From Catajapyx aquilonaris (lineage: Eukaryota), in contig JYFJ02001724.1 in the NCBI GenBank assembly GCA_000934665.2, positions 1-64,000 on the forward strand: a stretch of DNA of 64,000 nucleotides. The letters are read 5' to 3'. Both the position numbers and the translations under genes were made by a program. The notes under the pieces are model-generated. The model did not search any database, was not told the origin of the DNA, and was given only the letters and a program-made list of their open reading frames with translations. Below are positions 1 to 12,410 of this stretch, one piece after another. How positions within the stretch are numbered: the first letter of the stretch is position 1; each line of letters starts with the position of its first letter.

Positions 1-159
1 CGCATGCGCACTTACTTCAGGGGGCGTGGCACCTGATTTGCCGAACATCCAAACAGCCCAGGAAGTCAGATTCCTGAATTGCCGAATACGCCTAATATCA
101 TAAAATGTAACAATGAATTTTGACATGGATTTCTATGGTTACAAAAAAAAAGTAGTAGC

Positions 160-830
160 AATGGGGAAGTAGCCTTGGTCTGGGATTTGGGATTTTTGTT
201 CATAACTAGCTAGCCCATGCCTGTAAACATACATTTCATCACTCTGTTGCATCAAAATGACATTACTGGATAAATTACGGCACATTTAAAAGTGTCTTCA
301 AAATTGGCGGGAAAAACGCAGCAGCCAATCGAAGGGGTACACTGAAGTGCCTGGTTGACTGCGAGATATGAGGAATTTGACTTTGAATTAACCGCGGACA
401 CGACGGAAAGCATTCGCAAGGCGGTTGTAGGCCATCGAGGTGGAGAAGGGGGGCCTTCATGTGCCGAATTCGGGTGACATATAATTCCGACCTGGTGGCA
501 CCACTGTCAGCACAGAAGCGGCTTGAGCGGCCTGGAATAAATACGCGCCCCGGCCGCTATCTTGCTCACGGAATGGGACGGTTGCTAACAACAGCGAAGC
601 ATTTTACGACAATGACGGGGCGCGTTCTATAACACCATTTTTGCGTTCATTTCACTTCGCGTGACGTCAACATTTTCTAGGGAAACAGTGACGTCACCAT
701 TTCCCTACATAAAAACGCCAATATCTCCGGAACTGAAACTGATATCTTAAAACGGAATATGCCAAAAAAAATCCAAAAAATATGGGCGAATTTATTATGT
801 AGTTTCCAAAATGAAGGCTACTTCCCCATT
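160..830. mobile_element. Non-autonomous DNA transposon (MITE-like), ~670 bp
   Basis: Perfect 17-bp terminal inverted repeat AATGGGGAAGTAGCCTT (160-176) / AAGGCTACTTCCCCATT (814-830); CpG-rich non-coding interior; no clear TSD, so superfamily not assigned. Confidence 0.7.
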
Positions 831-889
831 ATGTCTTATACATGGTCTTCCCAATTTTCCATTTTCATGAGTAAAATTTAGATAATTAA

Positions 890-1176
890 CCCTGGAACTG
901 TGACGTGGGGTCTTTTAGGACCGCAAAGGAATTAAAATGCATAAAACTACAATTTATTACAATGAACTGTTTGCCATTTTTTAAAGTATATAACAGGAAG
1001 TACATGTTTATTTTAAATTAGCGATCATTTTAGGAATTGTTTAAAGAATGATTGCATATAGTCAATACATTGAAAAGTATTGTATAAAAATTAATAAAAA
1101 TTAAAATATGGCATGGGGTCCTAAAAGACCACACGGCATGGTTAAATTAACTTTCAGGCACGTCACGGTTCTAGGG
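890..1176. mobile_element. piggyBac-type MITE
   Basis: TTAA on both sides (886-889, 1177-1180); CCCT...AGGG ends; 18-bp TIR CCCTGGAACTGTGACGTG / CACGTCACGGTTCTAGGG (16/18); asymmetric subterminal IR GGTCTTTTAGGACC / GGTCCTAAAAGACC, typical of piggyBac. Confidence 0.9.
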
Positions 1177-1436
1177 TTAAGCCCTTGTCAAATCACCCAT
1201 ATACTGTAGATGTGTAGAACATCGAGATATCGTTGCTTTTTTTTTGGAGTCAAAGTGACTATTTTGTACTTCAGTGTGTATTTTGCCTGTTTAACTTCGG
1301 ATGTGAGAGCATTCCAGTGAACTTCCTCTATTGTATTATATTTTTACCACCTTGGCTGCACCTTTCAATATCATATTCCTGTGATGAATCCCCAAGACAA
1401 CTCCATTTTGACATAAGTCTGGTATGTTTCTTCTAG

Positions 1437-2209
1437 GAGGCAAGTTCGACGGAGGCACGCACGACTCGCCACTCTTCAGGTTCACTCAGGTGCCGATTCT
1501 GCCGCTTTCAAACAACCACCTCTGCTGAATTGACCAAACATGAGAAACTGTGTGATGCAGCATCATCTGATTCACTGCAGACACCATTACTTGTTCCACT
1601 CTCACAGTCATCACCCACTTTATCAGTGCCACTACCACATTCTTCTCCTTCCACATCAACTCCAATTCCATCGCCATCGTTGTCATTGCCACTGCCCCTC
1701 CCACAACCCACGGTTCCGTTTTCAGATCACCACCGCCGTTCCTTAAGCCTCATTAATCTCAGACCTGAACAACCAGAAAAGACTATTGGGATTCAGGTCA
1801 GGCATAACTACAGCAAGTCAAAGACAGATGAAAAGGTGCAAGCTACCGTGTTGCCAGTGGAGACCAAGCGTAACAATGCGGGAGACAAAAATCAGGAGAA
1901 GCATACAGCATTGGAGGAGATAAGTGTGCGAGAGGACAAAATTATGGAAGAAGACAAGAGTGGAGAGGAGGATAACGATATGGAATTGGGGAACGGCATG
2001 GAGGAGGATGACAACGAAGATGCAATGAGCACAACCAGCACCTCGAGCAGATCCAAGCGTCGTGGTGAAAGGACTCTCTCGCCTTCCATGATTGAGAAGA
2101 TGAAACCACTTATTGATGCCAAGAAGAAGCAATGTTGCATTTGCAAGCACAAGTTTAGGAAGATGGCCAATGTGAGAAGACATGTAGCCACTCACATGGA
2201 ATGGTACAG
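1437..2209 (+). CDS. C2H2 zinc-finger protein, internal coding exon (5' part of gene outside window; possibly ZNF800-like)
   Basis: Acceptor ttcttctag|GAG at 1437; open frame with a C2HC finger (CRFCRFQTTTSAELTKHEKLC), Ser/Pro-rich and acidic linkers, and a C2H2 finger (CCICKHKFRKMANVRRHVATH); donor ACAG|gtatgg after 2209 (phase 2). Confidence 0.85.
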
Positions 2210-2495
2210 GTATGGATTCAGAATTTAATCTCCTCTGCTAGGCCAGTATCGAAAAGGACTTGATAAAGCTCTGTTTACTATAGTTCTAATTTTGTGACCC
2301 TTCTTTGAATCTGCATCAGTTGAACCCAAAGGCATCAAGCTAAGGCAATGCCTATGCTAACTAATAGTCATCTATGAAATCAGGATAATAATATGCCTGC
2401 TTAGGTCCTATCGCATTATCTGTCAATTCGGAACAATCTGTTGATCCTCCTGATGAATGTTAGCTAGATAATATCCGAAATAATTAAGTTCCTCA

Positions 2496-3456
2496 GGCCA
2501 CGTTCACATGTGAGCGATGAAATCCATTGTTTGGGAGCGAACCGCAATTGTTGGTTTCGCCTCAAACAATCGATTTCATTGTTCCGCTACGAGAGCAATC
2601 AATGTAACGCAGAAAGTGACAAAAGCATTACTTTTCATTACGGATAGGGTATAACTAGTCCGAATTTTTAGGCACGAAAAAACCTTAAATAAGCACAAAA
2701 ATTTTCCTTTTGCGGGCTTATGGAGGATGTTACATAAAATCGAAAAGAGAAACACACATTGTAAAGGCCTAAAGTATAAATGTATAAGGTCACAAACCAG
2801 AGCAAAAACCGAATAACAACGATAAACTTGACAGAAAATCACAAAACTTGGGCAAAAGACATGAAGTTCAAGCAAGTATCACTTGCTCTGGACTCTACTG
2901 TACACCGCTTACAGCGCGTTTCCACTTGCATAGTATAGATGTTACCAATATTTTTCTAAATTTTCTTGATTGGAACCACCTTTCGGCTCATACGAGTCAT
3001 GGTAACATGATTCGTATGATCATATTACTTCTGAATGATTTTGGTCCTTTCAGAAGCACAAAAAATACTCCTCAAGAAACAAACATGCCTCTGAAAGAAT
3101 AATAGGTTTGGAATAGGCCCAAAAAGTCCCGAAATTGCTACAAAAAGTGCAAAAACTATCACCAAAAAAGGACAAATAGGCAGGAAAAGGCGCAAAATGC
3201 CATAAAGGCAAATCAGTTTGCAAAACCACAAAATAAGCTAATTTAGGCACTATAAAACCTACATTTTCCACATCCTGCACTTATGAAATGGATAGATCTT
3301 TTCACAAAACCAACCCAACTCTTTCGGCATTTACCTAATAATCCGGACTTCAGTAATAATTTTCTTTCTCTCCTCTTGGCTGACCCCTAACCCCCCCATA
3401 GGTACGCGCCTGGCGATGCTCATAGCAGAATGAATCGCTCACATGTAAATGCGGCC
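2496..3456. mobile_element. PIF/Harbinger-like MITE carrying a nested element
   Basis: TIR GGCCACGTTCACATGTGAGCGAT / ATCGCTCACATGTAAATGCGGCC; 3-bp TSD TCA at 2493-2495 and 3457-3459; subterminal hairpin at ~2520-2577. Confidence 0.8.
2647..3360. mobile_element. ~0.7 kb non-autonomous DNA element, copy 1
   Basis: Colinear with 10412-11200 (shared blocks CCGAATAACAACGAT, TTTCCACTTGCA, TTACTTCTGAATGATTTTG, TTTAGGCACTATAAAACCTACATTTTCCACATCCTGCACTTATGAAAT); degenerate TIRs (ATAACTAGTCCGAATTTTTAGGCA / TACCTAATAATCCGGACTTCAGTAATAA). Ends approximate. Confidence 0.85.
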
Positions 3457-5539
3457 TCATCATTGGGCCTCATAGATAAGTAACTCATGGTCAGTGCAGA
3501 AGTTGCTAGCAAAGGTAGATGAATGCAAGCAGTGCTTGTCATAACTTCATAAAGTGATATGGAAAATTGAAATCAGTGCCGTAGATATAGGTATGGCCAC
3601 CCATCAAATCATGTGCTACACATAACTTTTAAAATTTTGCAAGGTAGTGTTATTGGTCTTGTTTGAAGAACTTTAAGCAAGATGGGTGGAGCAGATATAG
3701 GCGAGCTCAAAAAAGGAAAGGTCATTGTTACAAGGTAGACAATGACAGCACATTCTATCAAGGCTGGGAAAAATCCTTTTATAGTAGGCCTACAATGACA
3801 CACACAATAATGCATTTAATCTCATTCTTAAGCACAAATCCTGTGATACGGCAAGTTTCCCCTCTATGACTCCTCAGCCCCTCTTTTCCACAAAGAGGTA
3901 AACTGCTGTGTATTCCATAATCTCTTGCCAGTAATTTTTTTTCCAGGAATTGGATACCTTTTTGTACATTTGTTCCTAAGTTCTAAGCTGAAAAGAGTAT
4001 GCCAAAGAAGGTGCGGTTTTGCCAGATTGTGGCTGTATCATCAACTCAGAAAATCATCACAGGCTATGTGAATTTGAAATTGCTATACAGCCAAGGCATT
4101 CATTACTGAGAAATGTAATTCTGCTAGGTAGCATGGCTTGTGGATAATGGATGGAAGTCAAAAAGTGAGCTGAAAGGGTGACCCCTTTGTGATACGCACG
4201 CGAATTCTCCTGTGAAGATCAGCCACGCCATGATTGATCATGCAGAAGTGCAGGTAAATATGCTGCACAGTGCACATTTCCATCAGACTTAATATCCGTA
4301 ACATTATTTAATGCAGGAAAATATGACAAAATTTTTGTTCTTCACAAATCTGATGGACAATAATAATATGGGGCTTAGCCACATACCTGTGGCTCAAATA
4401 ATTATATTGACGCTCTTATATCTTCCTCAGTGTGTCTGTAGGATACGGTTCTCTTCATACACTGTGGTATCCATGTTTGCCTACCCTCCTGAGACCTGGT
4501 GTCGACATATGTCGACATCAGCAAAAGATTTTTTTGCCGCCAACCAGTGATGCCAACAGAACTGTAATATGTTGGTATCCCATGGTTACAATCTGGCCTC
4601 AATAGCTGTAGCCACCTAGCGTCAAATATCTGGCTTGGGCCACGAAAATTAAATCGCGGATAAAGTGGCGGATTCCGCTGCTGAAGCTAGGCGCTCATCT
4701 GATCAGTTTTATTTTTTTACTCATATTTAGAATGCGATTTTCGCAATGCAGTGAATGTCCTTGGATTCGCAAGGAATGTGTCTTAGGAAATGCGAAAAGA
4801 TGTGTCTGTGACAATCTTTGTTGCTGTAGAGAACTGGTCATTTTCTTTTCTTCCTGAGACCAAATGCCCATTTAAATGGACATCCGAAAAATGGCATTTT
4901 TAGCTGAATGGGTGTGACTTTTCTTTAAGTGCCTGTACCTATACACCCATAAGGAAGTGGGCTTTGCACTGTGCAGTTCAGTTTTAAAATCTAGGATAGC
5001 AAGGTACCACTCTAGCGGGTAAGAAGGGAAGGAGCAAGCCCCATCCCTGGAGTGGTGGCGTTCAAAAATAATTTCATTTATCTTTAATTGTCTTCTGAGA
5101 GGAATTGCTACCACAAATTCCACAAATGAATTTTAAAAACATTGTTTGGAGGATAGAGCACTATGTTAGTGATCCATTAAGTGGTATTTAAATTTTCAGC
5201 TTTCATCCCTTCTGCATTAGTAGCACCAATTGGGTCCTAATGTTCTCATTGGTTGTTTGCCACCATTTTTGTCGATATTTTAGAACTAAAATTTTTTTCT
5301 CGTTTCTTATTGGGAAAATGTTCAGAAAATGCAATAGGAACGGACATTGCGTTAAAAAATTCTTCTCAGGTCTCGGGAGGCTACACAGTATGTTTTGCAA
5401 AGTTATTGACTACCTTGCTACCATGCTTTTAAAATTTAAAGTGAGTTACCAAAGGGTAGACCACTCCTGTTGGAAATGTGAATCTGATGATAATTTCTTG
5501 TGATAATTTTCCATAAAGCATTGGAGCCTACTTGTAATT

Positions 5540-5685
5540 GGGGCTGTGCAGACGGGCCAAGCTTGGCCACGGCTGGCCCCGGCCCTGGCCAACTTCCAGG
5601 AAGTTGGCCCGTGGCCTGGCCGTGGCGTTGCTAGGGGGCCGCTAGGTGTGAACCGTCGCTAAGCTTGGCCCGTCTGCACGGCCCC
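5540..5685. mobile_element. GC-rich palindromic MITE (Harbinger-like ends)
   Basis: 25-bp TIR GGGGCTGTGCAGACGGGCCAAGCTT / AAGCTTGGCCCGTCTGCACGGCCCC (24/25), plus internal palindrome GGCCAACTTCCAGGAAGTTGGCC. Confidence 0.8.
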
Positions 5686-6935
5686 GTTGTGTGAATATAA
5701 AACAGACTGCAAACCTTTAGTGGCCAACCCCTTGTTTAACTACACCTGCGATATCATTAGATGTAGCAGGTAGTCCTGTAAGTAATTCTCTGGTATCCAG
5801 AAATGTACCCTTAGAGGTTTGTCAGTATCTTATGGAATACACTAGTTCCTGGATGCCTGCTGTTCCAGTCACAGGCAAAAGTATGATTACTAATATCACT
5901 CCCTATACCAGGGGTATTCAACTAGTTTATGACAAGGTCCAGTATTTACCTTTCCCGGGCCATTGAAGGTCTGGACCCCCCCCACCCCCCACCCAGGTAA
6001 AGATATGGATTATATCTTTTTATATGGTACTGTACCACAGGGTTCATTTTTGAACATAGAAACATGTGCAGCAAGGGTAGAAGACAGGATATATTAAGAC
6101 ATTTTTGGCCTTCATTATGTCCTGNGGGGGGGGGGGTGTAGAAGGTCACACGAGCCTAGGTGAAAGTGGGAGATTTGAATGGGTGTGTATTTGATAAAAT
6201 TGGTAGCACTTTTTCCAAAAAATCATGAATTAGTAATTTCTAATGCTATTTCAAACTGTCCTGTATATCGTCGTGGTCTGGACAAAATTACGGTTGAATA
6301 TCCCTGCCCTATACCATCTGGTAATCCCTGCATCCCGTGCAGTGACTAAAACACAGCATGAAAGCCCAGCAAATGAAATAGGATGTTGTGGTGGTCAGTA
6401 TGCACGTCAAGTTGGCCTTTTATTTTGGCCATCAAAGGTACCACCTTACCAAATCTCACTAAATATTGTTGCGCCCAACTTCTTGCAACTCATTTGTACT
6501 ATGCATCATCTGTAGGAGCTGAAATGACTACCACACACAAAGGGCAAATAACACTTAATAAACTTTCTTTCAAATAACCCAATGCCCTTTGACATTTGAG
6601 TAGTTGTATTAACAGTCATAATACAGTATGTGCACAATTGAATGCAGTACCCCACCAAACATTTTCCGTACCAGTCTAACTGTAAGGAACCTAAGGAGAA
6701 ATCTGTGTGAAGTGGATTCTATTGGATTTTGACAATTACCCAAGGATTCACGCAGTGGGTGTACCAGTGGTTGACTTATGCAAAACCTTATAAGCTGTTC
6801 GAAAACAGTTGAAAATGATAAAGGCTGATAAATTGGGACCACATGTGAAATGGTATCATGTTCCTAAAAATAAAAACACTGAGAAAGTATGTTTATTGAT
6901 TCCAAGGAAAAGTTATAATCTAAATCTTCTTGCAG

Positions 6936-7896
6936 GTACAAATGCACACTCTGCACCTTCAAGTGCTTTGACAAGTGTGGTTGCATTGCACACGTGAAGA
7001 AGATGCATCCAGATGCAGAGGCCATTGACAATGTGCAATTCATCCAGGTCAAGGCTGATGACACCAAGGACAACACAGTGTGTGTTCTGGCAAATAATGC
7101 TGCACTAGAGGTGGCTGATAAGGTTGATTTTCTGACGAATGGTTGTAATGAGGACAGTGCCAGTGATGATGAAAGAGAAGAAGCCAATGATGAGAGTTGT
7201 AGTGACAGGGTCTCTGAATCAGATGCAACCTTCCCATCCAAGAGCTCTACACAGAGTGGGGAGTTATCCAGTGAAATGGTGACAAACAGTGATAGTGATG
7301 ATGGTAGAACCAGCAAGTCAACGAGGAACACCAGCTTGTCACGGACCAGCATGAGTGAAAGTGATAATTACCTCTATAACAACGTGCACTCCTCACGCAA
7401 CTCATACAGTGAAGACGAAAGCAACAGTTCCGAACTAGACGTCCTTCAAGGAGAGGTTACTCCAGATTCCCCTGACTGTGAACCAATTGTCAATGGGCAT
7501 GATGAAACACTGGAAGATGTAGTTGTGAATGTGCCAGACGATGTTGATTCTGATAGCTCTGGAGATGTTCGATATTTGTCTGATGGTGTAGTTGTGCCAC
7601 CAAAGAAGATCAGCCAAATACGAGCTATAATGAAGTCAGTCCTCGAGGGTGACTCTGAAGAGAGTTCAGACTGGGAGTGCCAAACATTGCCTGACACACT
7701 GAAGGAGCGTAGTAAAAAGAAGGGAAAGAAGAGGCGCAGATCAGCAGATGATGGAGTGTACAACGAAAAAATCAATGGCATTACTCCAAGGAAACACAAG
7801 CATTCAATGGCAGAGTTGAGGTGTAGAAGTGTGGAAGACACACAGGGTGAAACAGACGATGATATGCCAGTCCTTGAGAACATGTTGGTGCTATAG
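6936..7896 (+). CDS. C2H2 zinc-finger protein, last coding exon
   Basis: Acceptor tcttcttgcag|G matches phase 2 of the previous exon, giving ...HMEWYR-YKCTLCTFKCFDKCGCIAHVKKMH (tandem finger); then an acidic/Ser-rich tail and basic NLS-like KKKGKKRRR; TAG at 7894-7896. Confidence 0.85.
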
Positions 7897-8955
7897 TTGG
7901 CACCATGTTTAGTGTCAACACTATTTGGAGATCTTCTTGCATTTTACCCAACAATCTCAGGTCAAGGGCAATTGTATTTGACTTAACAGAGTAGCTTCCA
8001 TTATCTCTTATGGAGTCAGTGAGGGACTGAATAAATTGGTAATTCCTTGGTACAAGCTCCTCTCCAGAAACTGCTAAGTTGATCATGTTAATGGCATACG
8101 GAGGAGGACACAAGCAAAATATATTACCTTCAATTTCTAAATGTGATTGTTATCTATTATTTTAACACTGATGCCTTAATCCTAGCAAGTCCAAGTCGAT
8201 TTGACTCATTTTTCGTGATCCAGACAATGTGGGTCAATACCAATAAAAGTAAACCAGTACTTGCTCATGTGTTAAATATTCCAGTGTCTTTAGTACAAAC
8301 CGTCATCATAATAAACTGTGTTTTCGTAACAACAAAAATTAGCAACTTTGGAGTTTCATGTGCAAAAGACTCACTATATTCCGTTATGAATTAATGGTTT
8401 TTTGTTGTTTTTTGTTAACTACTCAGTGTCACAAGTGTAGCTTCATTAAATTGCCTGATCTCACTGACTGACACTTGGTTCATGCTGTGATGGTTTGAGT
8501 TTTCAAGTTTGATGTTTACTATATTGGGTCTTTTTGCTGTCTGAGAAACTGACTTTCTGTATTTTCTCGCATTGGCTCCATAATAGTTTGTTCTAATTTA
8601 TTTTTAATTTTCTCATCCACATTTACTATAGTTACAAATGAAGTTATACCCCTCTCTAATTAGCACTGCCAAAGTTAAAAGCTCTGTAAGTAAAGTTAAT
8701 TGCAAAATCTGCGTGATGATACATGTCCTTTTGTTGTATAAAGTGTATTATAATAGTAGGTATAATCATGTACAAGGGTAAAATAGAAGGGAGCGATTTT
8801 TTAATTATCAATGTACCTGCATTCCTACTGTTACATGCAGGGATATCTTCTTTTTTCCTCCCCAACATTTCCCCCCATTCCCCTCCACTTTTGTAATAAA
8901 TCAGAAAATTGTAACAGATGCATCATCAATCTCTGGCTATGTGGGTTACCTCACA

Positions 8956-9033
8956 CTATTGATGTAGGGAGACCCACCTGATGTTTGGCCGTAGGAGCAA
9001 CTGCGGTCGCTGAATTTCATCCAGTTCCTTGAC
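8956..9033 (-). CDS. UQCC1: Ubiquinol-cytochrome c reductase complex assembly factor 1 (CBP3 family), last coding exon
   Basis: Acceptor tatctttccag|GTC; encodes VKELDEIQRPQLLLRPNIRWVSLHQ*, in phase with the previous exon. Confidence 0.8.
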   Translation of the reverse strand, partial: VKELDEIQRPQLLLRPNIRWVSLHQ

Positions 9034-9426
9034 CTGGAAAGATATAACCAGAGTTAAAGGTAATTTTCACATTCTCCTCTCTATGGCAAGATTGTGAAGA
9101 TTAGTTCGCACTGTTCAGCTAGGGCAAAACTTACAGGTCCTTGGCACTCAAAAAACAGTTACCTTCATAGGCTTGGAACACTTGCATACCATTTTTTGAG
9201 TTCCAGAGGTACATTTCCATTTTATGCAGATTTTTCAGTGCTCTCAGGCCCTTGCAAAGTAACTTATAGGAGAATCCCACACCATCTTTTCTTGGTCATC
9301 CCATCAGCAGAGCAGAGGCAGCTTGCCTAACCCAGTCAACTCCTAGTCATTCACCCCAAATAGGTCACATGCACAGGTCATGTGAAACCTGGCTTTAACG
9401 GACCATGGGTATAGTGGTAACATATC

Positions 9427-9595
9427 TCTGCCGTCAGATGTAAGAAGACTGTAACTCAAAAACTAGTAAGGGCGAAAGTCGCATGCACGCCCTGCACTAA
9501 TCCCCTCTGAGCCAGGGTGGATTAGTGCAAGGCATGCATGCGACTTTCGCCCGTACTAGTTTTTGAGTTACGGTCTTCTTACAACTGACGGCAGA
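9427..9595. repeat. Near-perfect long palindrome (fold-back MITE) in the last UQCC1 intron
   Basis: ~75-bp arms TCTGCCGTCAGATGTAAGAAGACTGTAACTCAAAAACTAGTA... / ...TACTAGTTTTTGAGTTACGGTCTTCTTACAACTGACGGCAGA with few mismatches and a short loop. Confidence 0.9.
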
Positions 9596-9779
9596 TCTAC
9601 TGTGGATATTAATTAGGTATTCTCTCTCTGATGCGCAAAAGGGTTTTGCCCAATTGTGTCGGACTGTCAAGCAGAGAATTTGGTAGGCACGAATATGTCA
9701 TTGTAAATGGTGTAATCCGCCATTATTTGCCCAAGAAATACCTCATTACATATTTAGCAGGTTAATAAGGTATCTGCAC

Positions 9780-9974
9780 CTGTTTCCGGATGTACGCCAC
9801 CATCTTCTCCAGTAGGAGTGGCTCATCGCAGTTCCTCTGAAAAAACCTTCTCCACAGTGCTCCTGCCAGCACAATATCTCCTTTCTGAATGCCTTCATCA
9901 TAGCTGAAGAGAGCACCATTGAACTGGTCGCTCAGCTCCTGAACCACAATCTTCCTCTCAGAGAGTGGCAATTC
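9780..9974 (-). CDS. UQCC1: UQCC1 coding exon 4
   Basis: Acceptor ttctattgcag|GAA; ELSDQFNGALFSYDEGIQKGDIVLAGALWRRFF...LLEKMVAYIRKQ carries the CBP3/UQCC1 YDEG...LA.ALWR signature; donor CAG|gtgcag. Confidence 0.93.
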
Positions 9975-10035
9975 CTGCAATAGAAATGGGACTTTATGAA
10001 TCACTTGTGGGAGGAATATTGAGAATTTAACTCAC

Positions 10036-10275
10036 TGTGAGTTTCTTGCTCCTCATGTGGACATCATTCCAGAGTGCTTCAATCATGGAATTTCGAACGT
10101 AGTGCCCTTCATCCCCTTCCGCAGTCAGGCGGACCATTAGCATCCACACATGCAGTTCTGTCACTAGGAACCATGAGTACATTGTGTCTGCCATCTTGAA
10201 TTCGGTGAAGAAGTCTTCATAGGATAGTTTGTCTACAATGTTCTCCAACAGGGTGTATCCACTTGCTTTCAGCTT
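10036..10275 (-). CDS. UQCC1: UQCC1 coding exon 3
   Basis: Acceptor taattag|AAG; KLKASGYTLLE...FKMADTMYSWFLVTELHVWMLMVRL...EALWNDV, the conserved DT..SWF..TELHVW motif; donor ACA|gtgagt followed by a 61-nt intron. Confidence 0.93.
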
Positions 10276-10411
10276 CTAATTAGGGAGTGTTGCATGTCAG
10301 TTTTTTAGTTCACTACCATAAAACACTGGTTTGATAGCATGTACCTATGTAGCAATATAATTTTATACGCAAAAATGAATTTGATTTCTCCATACTTCTA
10401 TCACGTAAAAT

Positions 10412-11200
10412 TAGTCATAACTAAAGTTTCCAACCTGGGGGTCACGGGCAGGGTCGCGGGGGGTCGCGAACCTTTGTTCAACTTTTTTGGAATCGGGGTC
10501 GCTTTGAAGGGGGTCGCACATTTATGGAAACATGTTTAGGGGGTAGGAGGTGGTAAAAGGTTGGAAACCACTGGAATAGGCATTACAAAACCTCACTTAG
10601 GCCCAAAATGTTACTTTTGTGGGTGTATGGAGGATAATGTTACAGTTAAAATCAAGAGACATTTTATAGGCCTACAGTAGGCCCTATAATTATATGATCA
10701 CAAACTACAGCAAACACCGAATAACAACGATTAACCTACAGAAAATCACAACTTAGTTGAAAGACACAAAGTAACACTTGCTGGACTCTACCACTTATAG
10801 CCTGTTTCCACTTGCACAGTGTACCAAATATTTTTTCTAGATTTTTATTAGTGAAATGAATTACTTCTGAATGATTTTGATCCTTTCAAGAGCACAAAAA
10901 ATACTCTGTAAAAAAAAATATGCTTCTGAAAGAACAGGTCCAGAATAGGCCCAAGAAATCCTAAAATTGCTTCAAAAAGTTCAAAAACTATCCTTTAAAA
11001 AGGCCAAATAGGCATGAATAGATGCAAACAGCCAGAATAGGCAAAATAGTTCCCAAAATCACGAAATAGGCAACTTTAGGCACTATAAAACCTACATTTT
11101 CCACATCCTGCACTTATGAAATAGATAGGTCTCTTTGCAAAACCATCCCAACTGTAAAGGAACGAAATATGCCTAACAATCTGGACTTTAGTCATAACTA
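10412..11200. mobile_element. ~0.7 kb non-autonomous DNA element, copy 2 (left TIR interrupted by a small MITE)
   Basis: Same orientation as, and homologous to, 2647-3360; left end TAGTCATAACTAAAGT, right end TGCCTAACAATCTGGACTTTAGTCATAACTA. Confidence 0.85.
10426..10573. mobile_element. Small hAT-like MITE
   Basis: GTTTCCAACCT (10426) / AGGTTGGAAACCACTG (ends 10573), i.e. a CAGTGGTTTCCAACC-type TIR with the left end clipped; internal GGGGTCGC repeats. Confidence 0.7.
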
Positions 11201-11603
11201 ACAAATTAGCCTTTTCAGTATATATTTACTGGAGTCTTGGGAGATCTTGACTTGCAATTGTAATATTTTTCAAGAATTCAAAACCTTACTACTCCTATAA
11301 ATGATGAGTGTAGCAAACTTTTTTTTCACATCTGCAGATATGTTCACATTTTTTATGTTTATTGTATTTATTTATTTTCTTTACCCCGTGATAGAGCAGT
11401 GCTTTCTTGGGGGGGAAATTAACAATTATGTTGCACACCGTGCAGCATATTTTCATAAATTCCAGTATTCACATAGCAAGCTATTGGGGCTAATGCTGCA
11501 TAAATAATGTTCAACAGACAAGACTAACGTATTTGGCCTTATAAAAATACTCTATATCATGGATACTCATTTTGCCTATGAAGGGAAAATTGTGTATGCT
11601 TAC

Positions 11604-11717
11604 ACTTTTGGAGATGTCCAGCCATCCCATCTTGCGTCCTAGCTTCTGCATCATGGTGTATTCTTTTTGTACTGCTCTAAGTGTTGGTGATGTGATATAG
11701 TTCATCCGTGGTTGCAG
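11604..11717 (-). CDS. UQCC1: UQCC1 coding exon 2
   Basis: Acceptor catttttaaag|CTG; LQPRMNYITSPTLRAVQKEYTMMQKLGRKMGWLDISKS; donor AGT|gtaagc; phase 0 on both sides. Confidence 0.8.
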
Positions 11718-11798
11718 CTTTAAAAATGAGGATGTCAAGTAGTGTTCTTAGGCACTCTAGGCTACAGTCACCAACAATTCTATTTTTCTTGAACCTAC

Positions 11799-11879
11799 CA
11801 ACTGCAAGCACCTGATAGGTAACCTCAGCTTCCAGCCTGTCGACACTACTCTGGATAGAGTCAACATTCTCACATACAT
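11799..11879 (-). CDS. UQCC1: UQCC1 first coding exon (mitochondrial presequence-like)
   Basis: Strong acceptor ttttgtcctccacag|AC ATG at 11881; MYVRMLTLSRVVSTGWKLRLPIRCLQL is Arg-rich and has no acidic residues, as expected of a targeting peptide; donor TTG|gtaggt, 81-nt intron, in frame with the next exon. Not in the ORF track. Confidence 0.75.
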
Positions 11880-12410
11880 GTCTGTGGAGGACAAAATTTG
11901 TAACATGTAGCAGATCAATTATGTCAGAATCATTATGAAATCTATCTGGGAAACGTGACTTGAAACACTTGGGACTTGGCACAAACTCTTTTATTATTGA
12001 CATTGTATCCATGCATGAGAAATCATTACTTAAAAAGACAATTTTCTTGAGCACACTGGCATTTCCCCATCACACCAGTTCCTTGATTCAGTCTCTTTAT
12101 TTATCTCAGAAATTATCCCTTTAGCCAGATATACATGTACAGATACATTTAAATAGCCAACATACCATATTTAGGAATATGCATCCAATCATACATGTGG
12201 AAAATTTATAACGTCAACTTGTGATTGCTATAAATTAGCATGTACAGTAATTACACTTGTGGCCCAAGCAATCACACCCTCATGACTAATGACTATGCTT
12301 TACCTAAATAGGAGTGTAAAATTATTTTCCTAACCATTCTTACAATGGAAGTGCTTTGCAATGGAATGTATATAAATTTACAATATTGAAAAGAGTGGAA
12401 TAAAGCTCAC

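Noticed and set aside
4090..4550. Possible extra zinc-finger gene exon (donor at ~4254, ORF 4311-4550)
   Set aside because: Exons ending 2209 and starting 6936 join in frame into a canonical tandem finger pair; nothing coding-like is needed in between.
5908..6150. hAT-like left end CAGGGGTATTCAACT
   Set aside because: No matching right TIR or TSD found; at most a truncated relic.
11677..12054. 125-aa minus-strand ORF overlapping the UQCC1 5' region
   Set aside because: Wrong frame; the presequence-like exon with proper splice sites is in another frame (ATG 11879).
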